Assembly (NCBI RefSeq): GCF_006345805.1 | Contig: NC_043014.1 | Location: forward strand, 37,696,001-37,760,000 | DNA: 64,000 nucleotides | From: Octopus sinensis | Lineage: Eukaryota | Direction of reading: 5' to 3' | Shown here: piece by piece, positions 1 to 13,268 of the stretch | Position numbering within the stretch: position 1 is the first letter of the stretch | How the letters are laid out: every line of letters begins with the position of its first letter | Program-made: the position numbers and the translations under genes | Notes under the pieces: model-generated | The model's database searches: none | Told to the model about the DNA's origin: nothing | What the model saw: only the letters and a program-made list of their open reading frames with translations

Positions 1-138
1 ACCCTAATTTTCCTTTTCAAGTGGAACTTGCAAAAATCGATGAGAACTTGGCTGAAGAGGAAGGTTTCTGTCTTCAGTCCTTTCTATCTCGTCCACCACT
101 CTATGACCTTCGCCATAGCCACCAGAGAAAAACTGCAT

Positions 139-905
139 AATACCAGGTAGTAGCTCTCATAGCTTCTGATCTTAACTTGTTGGAAGTGTTATCATATATA
201 TGTTTTGTCTTTCTGCAAAAAAATGGCCTACAGCAATTATTCTGCTCAATACCTATTTCTTTATTACCCACAAGGGGCTAAACATAGAGGGGACAAACAA
301 GGACAAACATAGGTATTTAGTCGATTACATCGACCCCAGTACGTAACTGGTACTTAATTTATCGATCCCGAAAGGATGAAAGGTCAAGTCGACCTCGGCG
401 GAATTTGAACTCACAACGTAACGGCAGACGAAATACTGCTAAGCATTTCGCCCGACGTGCTAACCACGGACTTGCTTGTCAGTTGTTTGACCGTAACTAG
501 TTTAATACGTCCCTTAGTGGTTCACAATATGTGCATCTCTGATCACGAGCAGCAGTAGTGAATGGGGGAGAGGTTATCATAGCCATGTGCTGAGAGGGAT
601 TTATGAGCTTTGAATAATTCACCTCTGGTAACATGGGTATTTCGTTCATAATCCTTAAACAACCTTTATTCAGGGACATTTTTTAGTGGGATGGGCTACT
701 CGACCTGAAGAAAATTCTAACTGGGCCCCACCTGCAATATCATGCGCTGTTTATCTTGATATGAGGTCACCATGCTGCGCACATATGGTCGTGATGCACG
801 TGCCTGGTGTACCTTATCAGACGGGTAGTGGTGTTGGGTATATTGGTCCTTGTGTATTTGTACCCCAGCGTCACTTTGATGGCGTGCGCTACTCCTTCTC
901 TTGTT
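139..905 (+). mobile_element. Copy of a ~550-bp interspersed non-coding repeat, interrupted by a SINE at ~254-463
   Basis: Collinear with 1455-1996 and 39311-39861 (taccagg..gtggctctcatggcttctgatcttaact...gtcactttgatggc); followed by (AAT)n. Confidence 0.8.
254..463 (-). mobile_element. SINE family B (tRNA-like head, cctttcatcctttcggggtcgataaa core, AAAGAAATA tail), 5'-truncated
   Basis: Matches the copies at 15311-15910, 42325-43106, 46744-46976 and 56120-56347; splits the host repeat at ctcaatacc|ac. Confidence 0.85.
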
Positions 906-910
906 TTTTA

Positions 911-959
<49 letters not shown>

Positions 960-1262
960 CAACAACAACACCTGTAATGTACACAACACAGAAGGGCAAT
1001 CTATTATGATTGGTAACAAAGGTAATAACTCTAATAATAGCAATAATAACGACAACAACAACAATAATAATCCTTTCTACTATAGGCATAAGGCCTAGAA
1101 TTTTGGGGTAGGGGACCAGTCGATTACATCGACCTCAGTGCGTAGCTGGTACTTAGTTTCAACTCGACAGCATTTGAGCTCAGAACCGTGAGACAGAAGA
1201 AATACCACTAAGCATTTCGCCGGGCGTGCTAACGATTCTGCCAGCTCGCCGCCTTAATAATA

Positions 1263-1390
<128 letters not shown>

Positions 1391-1454
1391 GTGGTGGTGA
1401 TGGTGGTGATGGTGATGGTGATGGTGATGGTGATGGTGATGGTGATGATGATGA

Positions 1455-1995
1455 ATACCCTGATGCAGTACCAGGCAGTGGCTCTCATGGCTTCTGATCT
1501 TAACTGATTGGAAGTGTCACCATGTACATTGTTTTGTCTTGGTATAAAAGATGGGCTACAGCAAATATTCTGCTCAATACTATAGATTTGCTTGTCAGTT
1601 GTTTGACCTTAACCATAGTGGCTGACGACATGTGCATCTCTGACCACGTGCAGAAGTAGTGGGGGAGCATCATAGCCGTGTGTTGAAAGGAATTCTTGGA
1701 GGTTGGGATATTTCATCTTTGGAAACATGGGTGGTTCGTTGAACATCCTTAAACAATCCTTATTCATGGACTTTTGAGCGGGATGGGCTGCTCGACCTGA
1801 AGAAAATTCTAACTGGGCTCCACCTGCAAGGTCATGCGCTGTTTATCTTGATATGAGATCACCATGACGCGCACATATGGTTATGATGCATGTGTCTGGT
1901 GTACCCTTATCAGACAGGTAGTAATGATGGGTATACTTGGCTTCGTATATTTTACCCCAGTTTCAATTTGATGGCATGCACTGCTCTCTCACTCA

Positions 1996-1996
<1 letters not shown>
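1455..1996 (+). mobile_element. Second copy of the ~550-bp repeat, embedded in (AAT)n/(GAT)n
   Basis: High similarity to 39311-39861; trinucleotide tracts on both sides. Confidence 0.85.
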
Positions 1997-2036
<40 letters not shown>

Positions 2037-2129
2037 AATTATTATTATTATTATTAGTAGTAGTATTATAGTACTGATAATAGTAATACAAACAACCCCG
2101 ACAATGCCGCCAGTGTAACGAATACTGAG

Positions 2130-2830
2130 ATTGATAACCACCGTAAGATGAGCTAAATATAAAAATGCAAGCGAGAATGTGGACAAACATGGTAACGTCT
2201 CTGAGAATAGGATTCCCAGTACTACTCTTAGTAATATTATTACTAATAATAAGAATATCAAATCTATATAACTCTGGAATATAGCATATATAAAAAAGAT
2301 GAATCTGACAGACCCAATTTAATTCCAGATATATATCTCCGGAAAAATATTAACAACATAGGAAAGATGCAACCGTAAAGTATGTAGTAATTGCCCAATA
2401 CAAGGTAACTGTCGCAGTTTTAACGTTGTTTATAAATGTACGGTTCTTAAGCTCTCTCTGGATATACGTTGGTGCCACCGTCAATTTTAAACGCCAATAT
2501 ATAACTCATCTAAGCTCTTTTGAATCTACTAAACACAATAAATCAACCTCACCAGCAAACCAAATACATAATCTTAAGCAAAACAGAGTATCATATAATA
2601 TTATTTTGTCTATTATCGATACTGGAGTACCATACCAGGACACAAATGCTCTGTGTTGGTTATACCTAAAGAGTTGTACAAATTCTATTACATAACCCAC
2701 CACAATTTTTGAACCGGCAAAATGAAGCGCAAACCAACTGTGTCCACAAATTCTTCAAAGCATTCAAATTTCATCTCAAATCGGAATCTAGCTCTTTGAA
2801 TTTCTCCACACAATTTTCACCCACAGAAAT
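2130..2830 (+). pseudogene. Decayed Penelope-like element, GIY-YIG endonuclease region
   Basis: Frameshifted translation RCNRKVCSNCPIQGNCRSFNVVYKC / IYVGATVNFKRQYITHLSSF...SIIDTGVPY...LCWLYLK: Cys linker, VVY..YVG and FK.R..H motifs. Confidence 0.7.
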
Positions 2831-2859
2831 TAGAAGTACTCTTTTTTCTCTTTTCTCTT

Positions 2860-3095
2860 TTCTCTTTTACTTGTTTCAGTCATTTGATTGCGGCCATGCT
2901 GGAGCACCGCCTTTAGTCGAGCAAATCGACCCTGGGACTTATTCTTTGTAAGCCCAGTACTTATTCTATCGGTCTCTTTTGCCGAATCGCTAAGTGACGG
3001 GGACATAAACACACCAGCATCGGTTGTCAAGCAATGCTAGGGGGACAAACACAGACACACAAACATATACATACATACATACATACATACATACA

Positions 3096-3127
<32 letters not shown>

Positions 3128-3297
3128 CATATATACGACGGGCTTCTTTCAGTTTCCGTCTACCAAATCCACTCACAAGGCTTTGGTCGGCCCGAGGCTA
3201 TAGTAGTAGACACTTGCCCAAGGTGCCACGCAGTGGGACTGAACCCGGAACCATGTGGTTGGTAAGCAAGCTACTTACCACATAGCCACTCCTGCGC
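2860..3297 (-). mobile_element. SINE family A (tRNA-like head, central microsatellite, GTAAAAGA-type tail)
   Basis: Full copy. About 20 further whole or partial copies, approximately: 9100-9500(-), 14296-14705(+), 14870-15255(+), 21370-21950(-), 22005-22537(-), 29560-29900(+), 31082-31250(+), 31354-31795(+), 38297-38718(-), 43400-43640(-), 45583-45945(+), 46357-46745(-), 50255-50667(-), 53985-54465(-), 56640-57068(-), 59267-59756(+), 62133-62530(-), 63620-63845(-). Confidence 0.9.
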
Positions 3298-4190
3298 ATG
3301 CCTATTTAATTTGATTTAAATTAAGCCGTAGTGCACTATTGTATATATATAGAGATCTGAAATCCTTATTTACTCCCCCTATTCTAAAATTCACAACTTA
3401 CTTGAACTCTATGATTTCATATTCCAAAATTCTTTGTTTCGGTCTGCATTCTGATCATAATTCCAATACAACGATTTAACTAAATATCATTTTGTAACAA
3501 CTACATGCTATATATTTTAGCAATTTCTTACAGATATTTTAGCAATCCCTTATAGATATTCTTAGCTAATGTACAAATTTTATGATCTTTCTGTTTACTC
3601 CTATGCTACTCCTATACCTACATTTAACCATATTCATATTTTTCATTGGATTTAGAATTTTAAATGTTAAATCTCGATTGATACAGTAAATAAATTCCTT
3701 ATTCTGGTAACTACAAATAAACGCATACATATAAAGCACAATCACTGTCCTCATCATGTATCTTATAGTTTTTAACCAGCTGAAACTGAATCCTATCTTT
3801 GCCGATCTATAACCATACATGAATATTATTTCTTATTCATTTTACCTCTCTTCTCCTCTACTTCGTATAACTTTTTCCTTCTCACACATAATGCATGACC
3901 ACCATACAACATAACTAGTGGTAGTAGGTATATTTTATCTTGTACGTCCACCCCCACTCTGAAACTCTAGGCCTAACTTTTCATGTAATGTTCCCTACCT
4001 CGTGGCTAGTGTAGCTTAATGATAATTCTAACTTACTAGCCTCACATACTGTTGCTATTCTACAATGGTCTTCTACAAACCAATCCACTTAGCATCCTTC
4101 TTCCCTACCTATATTAGCATTGGCCACTTCTTTCTATGTGTTTTCCTCGGAAATAAAATGGTAGATTTGGAGAAAGCTGTATCTCTAACA

Positions 4191-4407
4191 CAGTGATTTT
4201 CAAACTTTTTGCTAGAGCGGAACCCCAAGGAAACATTCCACTGGCTCGAGGAACCCCTGTGCAATAATTTAATAGTCTTATGCACACATCTGCACAGGAG
4301 AATTAAAAATTACTGCCGATTTTAGAAGTTTTGTAACTTCTTGCGGAACCCCTTCACTGTACTGGCGGAACCCTAAGGTTCAGCAGAACCCTGGTTGAAA
4401 ACCACTG
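4191..4407. mobile_element. hAT-type MITE
   Basis: TIRs cagtgattttcaa / ttgaaaaccactg; perfect 8-bp TSD ctctaaca (4183-4190, 4408-4415). Confidence 0.9.
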
Positions 4408-4546
4408 CTCTAACAAGAGCATGGGGCTTAGCTCCTAAAGAATGCTAGCGTTTATAATCAGGATATCCTCACAAATCTTATAACTCGTATAAAAGAGGAT
4501 ATCAAGGAAGGAGTTATTACTGTTGCCGCTTTGCAGAAGTATTTTA

Positions 4547-4800
<254 letters not shown>

Positions 4801-4862
4801 TGCCTTTGCACAGCTTCTAACGCTAGAGATGTACTACAGTGTCAGCTGTTCACTACCAGTGT
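4801..4862 (-). mobile_element. Extreme 3' fragment of a Dong/R4-clade LINE
   Basis: Reverse complement matches the 3' UTR at ~48982-49045 (cactggtagtgaacagctg...ttagaagctgt..aaaggca); abuts a TAA tract. Confidence 0.75.
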
Positions 4863-5216
4863 GCCTTTAATATAAAGGATTATTATTATAATTAAGGTGG
4901 CGAGCTGGCAGAATTGTTAGCTCCGTCTCTGACATATTCTCTGAAGTTTCATAACAGATACATTTACATTATTGATTTCAAATTTTGGCACAAGGCCAGC
5001 AATTTCGTCGAGGGACGGAATAAGTCGATTACACCGACCTCAAGTGCTCGATGAACAAAATGCTTATCGGTTTTTCGTCCGCCTTCACGTTCTGAGTTGA
5101 CTTTAACTTTCATTCTTTAGGGGGTCGATAAAATAAGTACCAGTTGATCACTGGTGTCCATGTAATCGACTTTTCCCTCTCCACCGAAATTGCTTGCCTT
5201 GTGCCAAATTTGAAAC

Positions 5217-5269
<53 letters not shown>

Positions 5270-5679
5270 TATTATTATTATCATCATCATCATCATCATT
5301 ATTATTGTTGTTGTTGTTGCTGTCGTCTTCTTCTTCTTCTTCTTCTTCTTCTTCTTCTTCTTCTTCTTCTTCTTCTTCTTCTTCTTCTTCTTCTTCTTCT
5401 TCTTCTTCCAATCAGGACTCACGCCATTAGCCACAAAGAATAATCTCTAATTCGAGCCTACTCTAAGCTACTAAGAATGCGTCTGGCAACTTGAAGATCC
5501 ACCCACCACACGCGATAGACTGGCGGTTGCACGGGTGCGAAAACTACGTTGTTATCCTCATTCCGTAAACGGTGGCTTTTTAACGGGTGCAGAGCTGAGC
5601 CATCCTGGGTACAGAGGATTCGCAATCTAGACTAGGGTCTGAAAATTTACCACACCACAGTGGGTTACACCATGGTTCC

Positions 5680-5890
5680 TCTGCTTTGTGGCAGAAGGAG
5701 GAAGAAAGAGTGAGAGAAAGTTGTGGTGAAAGAGTACAGTAGGGTTCGTTCCCCAACCCCCCCGCTGGAGCCTCGTGAAGCTTAGGTGTTTTTGCTCAAT
5801 AAACCCTCACAAAGCCCGGTCTGGGAATCGAAACCGCGTTCTTACGACCCCGAGTCCGCTGCCCTAACCACTGGGCCATTGCGCCCCCCC
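5680..5890 (-). mobile_element. SINE family C (head ggcgcaatggcccagtggttagggcagcggactcg)
   Basis: A-box and B-box-like tRNA head; other copies at 23060-23200(+), 26918-27224(-), 30624-30910(+) and 55368-55654(+). Confidence 0.85.
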
Positions 5891-6710
5891 ATTGTTGTTG
5901 CTGTTGTTGTTGTTGTGTTGTTGTTGTTTTTGTTGTTATTGTAGTTGTTTGTATATGTGTGTGGGTGTGAACTATGAATATGACTGCAGGAAATGTCCGA
6001 CAAGCAGCGCCATATGTCGCTATTATGAAGGGTGTGTGTGTGTGTGTGGAAAAGGCCATTTTTTTTTTCTCAGATGTGCAGATCATGGACCGATATAACA
6101 ACACCATTTTGAAACGGGTTATAAAACAACCGCCAACGCATTAATCTCGATCACAACAGCAGGAGCAGTGACAACTTTATCAATGCTGATATTGCTAAGC
6201 AGAATGGTTTAGTCATTAAATCATTGAGAGGAAGGTAACGTTTGCGGTGATGTCAACACGGCTTACCGAATTACGGAAATATATAAAACTGACATCCGAT
6301 ATACAGCAAAGTTATACACACAGCAGTCACTGTTAGTTTATATACAGCCTCTACTCGGATGTTACACAAGGAGAGAGTTTAATGTTTCAACATTCTTTAG
6401 TGACATTTAAGTTTAATGCCCTGAAGCACCTTGAGTGTTGACAAATTATGCAATAAAATAAATGTACCAACCAAGTCCTGGGGCTGATTTAATTGACTTA
6501 TTCACTATCCACAATTCAAAACATATGGCCTTACAGCAATTTTAGCTATTTTCTTTTTAAATAATCGCAGGATTACCAGTTAGTTAATATAAGTTTTATA
6601 ACTAGGAATTAAATATTAATACTTCATTATTTTTTTCAGTACAGTTGAGTATGGCATTTTCTAATGCCATACCAATCTCCAGCTGGTTTAACTGTTTTAT
6701 CTTATATTTT

Positions 6711-6711
<1 letters not shown>

Positions 6712-6772
<61 letters not shown>

Positions 6773-9100
6773 TTAGCGTCCACTTTCCATACTGGCATGG
6801 GTTAGACGGTTTGACTGGAATTACCAAGTCGGAGAGCTGTACCAGGTTCCAGGCTAGGTTTCTACGCCTGGATGCCATTCCTAACGGCATCGCTCCAAGA
6901 GTGTACATTGGTGCCTTTTACGTGTCATCGGCACTGGCCTTGACTACGGTTTCACTTGGCTTGACGAGTCTTCTCAAGCACAGCAAATCGCCAAAGCTCA
7001 CAATCACTTGTCATCGCCTCCGTGAGATCCAACATTCGAAGATCATGCTTCACTGCCACGTCCTACGTCTTCCTGGGTCTACCTCTTTCACAGGTTCCCT
7101 CCACATTTAGAGATTGGCACTTCTTTATGAAACTGTCCTCATCCATACACATCACATGACCATACCAGCGCAGTCTTCTCTTGCACACGACATCTGATGC
7201 ATCTTATGTTCCCTCTGATGCCCCTTATGTTCCCTCTGATGCCTCATGTTCTCTCTGATGCCTCTTATGTTCCCTCTGATGCCTCTTATGTTCTCTCTGA
7301 TGCCTCTTATGTTCCCTCTGATGCCTCTTATGTTCCCTCTGATGCCTCTTATTTTCCCTCTGATGCCTCTTATGTTCCCTCTGATGCCTCTTATGGTCCC
7401 TCTGATGCCTCTTATGTTCTCTCTGATGCCTCTTATGTTCCCTCTGATGCCTCTTATGTTCCCTCTGATGCCTCTTATGTTCTCTCTGATGCCTCTTATG
7501 TTCCCTCTGATGCCTCTTATGTTCCCTCTGATGCCTCTTATGTTCCCTCTGATGCCTCTTATGTTCTCTCTGATGCCTCTTATGTTCCCTCTGATGCCTC
7601 TTATGTTCTCTCTGATGCCTCTTATGTTCCCTCTGATGCCTCTTATGTTCTCTCTGATGCCTCTTATGTTCCCTCTGATGCCTCTTATGTTCTCTCTGAT
7701 GCCTCTTATGTTCCCTCTGATGCCTCTTATGTTCCCTCTGATGCCTCTTATGTTCTCTCTGATGCCTCTTATGTTCCCTCTGATGCCTCTTATGTTCCCT
7801 CTGATGCCTCTTATGTTCTCCTCTGATGCCTCTTATGTTCCCTCTGATGCCTCTTATGTTCCCTCTGATGCCTCTTATGTTCTCTCTGATGCCTCTTATG
7901 GTCCCTCTGATGCCTCTTATGTCTCTCTGATGCCTCTTATGTTCCCTCTGATGCCTCTTATGTTCCCTCTGATGCCTCTTATGTTCTCTCTGATGCCTCT
8001 TATGTTCTCTCTGATGCCTCTTATGTTCCCTCTGATGCCTCTTATGTTCTCTCTGATGCCTCTTATGTTCCCTCTGATGCCTCTTATGTTCTCTCTGATG
8101 CCTCTTATGTTCCCTCTGATGCCTCTTATGTTCTCTCTGATGCCTCTTATGTTCCCTCTGATGCCTCTTATGTTCTCTCTGATGCCTCTTATGTTCCCTC
8201 TGATGCCTCTTATGTTCTCTCTGATGCCTCTTATGTTCCCTCTGATGCCTCTTATCTTCCCTCTGATGCCTCTTATTTTCCCTCTGATGCCTCTTATGTT
8301 CCCTCTGGTGCCTCTTATGTTCCCTCTGATGCCTCTTATGTTCCCTCTGATGCCTCTTATGTTCCCTCTGATGCCTCTTATGTTCCCTCTGGTGCCTCTT
8401 ATGTTCCCTCTGATGCCTCTTATGTTCCCTCTGATGCCTCTTATGTTCTCTCTGATGCCTCTTATGTTCCCTCTGATGCCTCTTATGTTCCCTCTGGTGC
8501 CTCTTATGTTCCCTCTGATGCCTCTTATGTTCTCTCTGATGCCTCTTATGTTCCCTCTGATGCCTCTTATGTTCCCTCTGATGCCTCTTATGGTCCCTCT
8601 GATGCCTCTTATGTTCCCTCTGATGCCTCTTATGTTCCCTCTGATGCCTCTTATGTTCCCTCTGATGCCTCTTATGTTCTCAAATTTTTTCTCCTCAAGA
8701 CGCTTATATTCTGTCGTACATGCACACCGACATTGCACATCTAGCATACTAGCATCATTTCTTTCAAGCCTTCGCATGTTCTCTGCACTCACTGCCGTGT
8801 AGCATGGCTGTTCGCACACAGGTATCTTACAATCTACTTTTCACTGAGGCAGAGGCCCTCTGTTACCAACAAATGTAGAAGCTCTCTAAACTATGCTCAG
8901 CCTATTCTTATTCTAGCAGCTATGCTCTCGGATCATCCGCCTCCATTGCTTTCTTCGTCACCCAGATAACGGAATCTATCAACAACTTCGAAGTGTCTGG
9001 CATTTGACGAAGTCTATTTTCTGTACATTTCTGGTGTTTATTGTACCTATACATCTGTCGCACACAAAGACTATTTTCTTTGTTAACTTTCTTCTGATAT
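6712..9100 (-). mobile_element. 5'-truncated RTE-clade LINE (ORF C-terminus, 3' UTR, (GAT)n tail) split by a 21-nt minisatellite
   Basis: Minus-strand peptides ...AENMRRLERNDASML... (~8745-8800) and LRWYGHVM...RGRPRR (~7060-7175); (TCA)n at 6712-6770 is the tail. Confidence 0.85.
7193..8680. repeat. 21-nt tandem repeat (TCTGATGCCTCTTATGTTCCC), about 70 copies
   Basis: Direct reading; main variants are ccc/ctc and gat/ggt; no spacers. Confidence 0.98.
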
Positions 9101-9290
9101 TTTCAGCCCATCGTGCAGCACTGCGTTGAAGGCTTTTAGTCGAAAAAATTGACACTTCTACTTATTTTTATAAGTATTATACTTAGTCAATCGATCTGTT
9201 TTGCCGAAGCGCTAAGATTATGGGGGCATAAAAAAACCGACACTGGTTGTCGAGCGGTGCTGTGAGGTCAAATACAAGCACAAAAGTACG

Positions 9291-9331
<41 letters not shown>

Positions 9332-9887
9332 GCACACACACAAATACGACGGCTTCCACACAGTTTCCGCCTACCAAATTCACTCGCAAGGCATTGGTCA
9401 GTCCGGGGCTTTAGTAGAAGACACTTACCCAAGTCACTGCACAGTGAGTCTGAACCTAAAACTGCGTAGTTGCAGAGCAAGCCTCTTAACCATATTGCCA
9501 TATATATGTATATGTATACGCAGGAGTGGCTGTGTGGTAAGTCGTTTGCTTTCCAGTCATATTGTTCCGTGTTCAGTCCTACTGTGTGGCACCTTGGGCG
9601 AGTAGCATCATTTTTTGTTTTGCTGCACTATTTGAAATTTGGTGTAATGATGTAATTTTTCACGTTGAATCTCAGGGTCTAATTCACTTGTTCCAGAAAA
9701 AAAATTTTTAAATGTTACATAGGCGCAGGAGTGGCTGTATGGTACGTAGCTTGCTTACCAACCATATGGTTCCGGGTTCATTCTCACTGCGTGGCCTTGT
9801 GAGTGCATTTGGTAGACAGAAACTGAAGGAAGCCCGTCGTATATATGTATATATATATATATATATATAATATATATATATATATAT

Positions 9888-12800
9888 AACGGGAAGCTTT
9901 ATGAAAATAGACAAAAGACGAAGGCAGGTGGAAAACAAACGAACAATTGTATTAGTATGGCGCTCAGGAAATATAAATAAAACAAGTCTTTAACGTTTCG
10001 AGCCTACGCTCTTCAACAGAAAGATACACAGAGAGAAAAAAAACACAGAAAGAAGGGAGAAAAAAAATGCGTGCAGTAGCTAACGAATCAACATGGCGAT
10101 CTGATTTCGGCCAGAGGTCAAAGATCAAACATGAGACGCGAGAGCGAAATAAGGGGAGATAATAGGGTTGATAATATGGTTGAAGGACCAGCTAATAGTG
10201 CGTAGGAGGGGTCTGGACGTGTGTATGTATAGGGTTGGTGTATGTATTAGTATGTATAAGGGTGTGTGTGTGTGTGTGTATGAGAGAGTATTAGTGCGTA
10301 GGATTGGTGTGGACGTGCGTATGTATGGGGTTGGTGTATGTATTAGTATGTATTAGTACGTATTAGTATGTATAAGTGTGTGTGTGTGTGTGTATGAGAG
10401 AGTATAAGTGCGTATGAGGGGTCTGGACGTGTGTATGTATAGGGTTGGTGTATGTAGTAGTATGGCACATCATATATGATGTGATGTGTGAAGTCGTGTG
10501 GTGTAGTGAGGAGAAGAGGGGGGGAAGGGGGAGGAGAGGGGGGAAGAGGAGAGGATGGAGGAGAGAGAGGAGGGGGAGAAGGAAGGAGGAAAGAGGGAGC
10601 AGAGGGAAGGGGAAGAGGGAAGGAGGGAGGGAGAAAGAGGGAAGAAGGGAAGGGGAGTAGGGGTGAAAGGATGAAGGACTGAAGAAGTAGGGGTCGGGGG
10701 AAAGGATAGGTGAGGAGGGGGGAGAGGGGGTTAGATGAGGAGGGGGGAGAGTTGAGACCAAATGGCGTATAAGAGCGAAGAGAGAAGATTAATTCCTGTT
10801 CACGGCGCAAACGGGAATCCGGATGGCTCTGTGTAAGGACAAACCGAACACAGATAGGTGTTGCAAGGAGTGACCGGTGGAGCGGAAATGGCGTGAGACC
10901 GGTGTGCCGTTCGCAAGGTGGATGTCACGAAGGTGTTCCGCGAACCGGTCAGCCAAGCGGCGTCCCGTTTGTCCGAATGTACAAGGAATTGCAGAGAGAG
11001 CAAGAGATGCAATAGATAATATTGCTGGAGGTGCAGGTGAAGGAGTGGATGATGGGATAGGGTCGATGGTGGGTGCTAGTGAGGCGGGTGGTGTTGGAGA
11101 GGTAAGGGCAAGTGCGGCAACGTGGGCGGGAGCAGGGGAACGAGCCGGGTTGGGAGGTAGGGTCAGGGAAGGAGCTATGGACCAAAAGGTCTCGAAGGTT
11201 GTGGGCTCGTTTGAAAGAGGGGAGGGGTCGGTTAGGGAAGAGGTGTGAAGTGGACGGGTCGGACTGGAGATGACGGAAAGCTCGAAGAATCGTGCGTTGG
11301 AGACGTAGGGTCGTGGGGTGGTAAGTGAGGGGAAAAGGGAGGCGGGAGACTACAGGGCGGTTCGGGGAGAGAGAGCAGATACACGGTCCACGGACCGTGC
11401 TCTGGCAAGGGCGGTGTGGATAGTGGTGAGGGGGTATCCACGTAGGGTGAAGTGGTGAGCCATACGTTGAGACTGAGTCTCAAAGTCATGGTCGTCACTA
11501 CAGAGCCTACGTAGACGGAGGAATTGGGAATAGGGGATGGAAAGCTTGGTGTGTTCTGGGTGGGAGGAAGAGAAGTTGAGGTATGAGTGTGAGTCTGTGT
11601 GTTTGTAGTGAATGGAGGTGGTAAGAGTGGAGTGAAGAATGCTAACCGAAATGTCGAGGAAGGAGACAGAGGTGTTGGAGATAGTGGAAGTGAAGTGGAG
11701 GGCTGGATGGAAAGATTGGACGAAAGAGAGGAAGGAATCTAGATGTTCGCGGAGAGTGAGGTGGCACCGATAATGTCGTCGATGTAACGACCATATAGTT
11801 CGGGAGTGGGACCAGTGAAATTAGAGAATATTTGGCCTCAACATAGCCAACGAACAGGTTCGCATAGTTGGGGCCCATTCGCGTTCCCATGGCCACTCCC
11901 GAGACCTGATGGTAGAACTCGCCCGCGAACGAGAAGCAGTTCAGAGTAAGGACAAGTTCGGCCAGACGAATGAGTGTGGAGGTGTCAGGTACAGGGTTAG
12001 AGCGGAGGTCAAGAAAGTGTCGAAGGGCCTGCAGTCCTTCGTGTGAGGGATAACAGTATAGAGGCTTTGGATGTCCATAGTAAAAAGGATTTTGGAGGAG
12101 CCGGGAGGAAAGGAGAAAGAGTTGAAAAGCCGGAGAGCATGGTTGGTATCGTGGATGTGGGAGGGAAGAGATGCCACTAAGGGGGCAAGGACACGGTCGA
12201 GGTATTTAGAGATGAGCTCCGTGGGGCAGTTACAGGCGGAGACGATGGGGCGGCCAGGGTTGTTGGGTTTGTGGATTTTGGGGAGGAAGTAAATGGTGGG
12301 GGTACGTGGGGTTCGCACAATTAGGTTGGATGCGGTGCGGGGGAGACGGGAGGACGAGATGAGGTCGTGGACAGTAGAGGATACCGTCTGTTGGTAGCTA
12401 CGTGTGGGGTTAGAGGGCAGAGGGGAATAGAAGGAGGTGTCATTGAGTTGGCGGAAAGCCTCGGCCCTATAGAGGTCCGCGCGCCACACCACTACAGCTC
12501 CACCCTTGTCAGCCGGTTTGATGATAATGTCAGCGCGCCGTTGGAGGGAACGGAGAGCCAAGAGCTCAGCCGGGGAGATGTTGAGGCGGCGTTGGCGCCT
12601 GGAGAAGTTGAACCGCTCCAATGCACGCTGACAAGCGCCCGCGAAAAGATCCACTGCTAGGATCTGGCCAGGGGCAGGCGTCCACGGGGATGGTCGGCGG
12701 CCCAGGCCAGTGAAGCAGTCCTCTTCGTTGGGTGTGGGTGGCGAGTCGTGGTAATGCGCACCCAACCGGACACGGCGCACAAAGCTGTGGACATCAACTC

Positions 12801-13255
12801 GCGTCTGGAATTCCTTACAGGATGGAGTGAGGGGGATGAAACGCAGACCCCTACCAAGGACGGAGCGTTCAGCCGCAGAGAGGGGAAGATCGGGGGGAAT
12901 GGTAACAACAGACGGAAGTGGAGAAGGGGTGGGTGGAATAGAAGTAGGAGGGGTGGTAGGTATCGTGGAGGTCTGAGGGGGAGGGATTGGGGAGGTGTGT
13001 GGGGGGTGGTTGGGCGGGGCAGTAGGGTTAGGTGTAGGTGGATGGAGCCTATCGGGAGGGGAGAAGGGGTTGTAGGGAGGGGCAGTGGGGCTAGGTGTGG
13101 GTGGATGGAGCCTATCGGGAGGGGAGAAGGGTGGTGGAGGAGTTGGGGTAGTGGCGTCGGGTAGGGTGGAATGGAAGAGTGATTGGAGTTTACGAAGTTT
13201 GGTATCAGAAAGAAATTGATGGAAGAGTTGATTCAAATGGATAATGAAGCGTAGC
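9888..13255 (-). mobile_element. Penelope-like retroelement (Neptune type): RT + GIY-YIG endonuclease, frameshifted, with 3' terminal-repeat region
   Basis: IIIKPADKGGAVVVW, YFLPKIHKPNNPGRPIVS, LFTMDIQSLYT, GVAMGTRMGPNYANLF, YGRYIDDI (~11765-11797), FLDISV, CSRPRCRTC linker, NIIYCISC..C..LY-GQTGRRLADRFAEH, REQELIFSL..PFGLN; sits in a (TA)n tract. Confidence 0.95.
9987..10024 (-). ncRNA. Minimal type-I hammerhead ribozyme-like motif with variant core CUGUUGA
   Basis: Minus strand reads UCUUU-CUGUUGA-A-GAGC(GUAG)GCUC-GAAAC-GUU-AAAGA: stem I 5 bp, stem II 4 bp, palindromic AACGUU stem III; lies in the PLE terminal repeat, where such motifs are known. Confidence 0.65.
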
Positions 13256-13268
13256 ATATATATATATA

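Noticed and set aside
7193-8680. CRISPR array, hammerhead array (repeated CTGATG), or real 518/300/209-aa proteins
   Set aside because: No unique spacers, no GAAA partner strand, and the ORFs are automatic products of a stop-free 21-nt unit inside a LINE.
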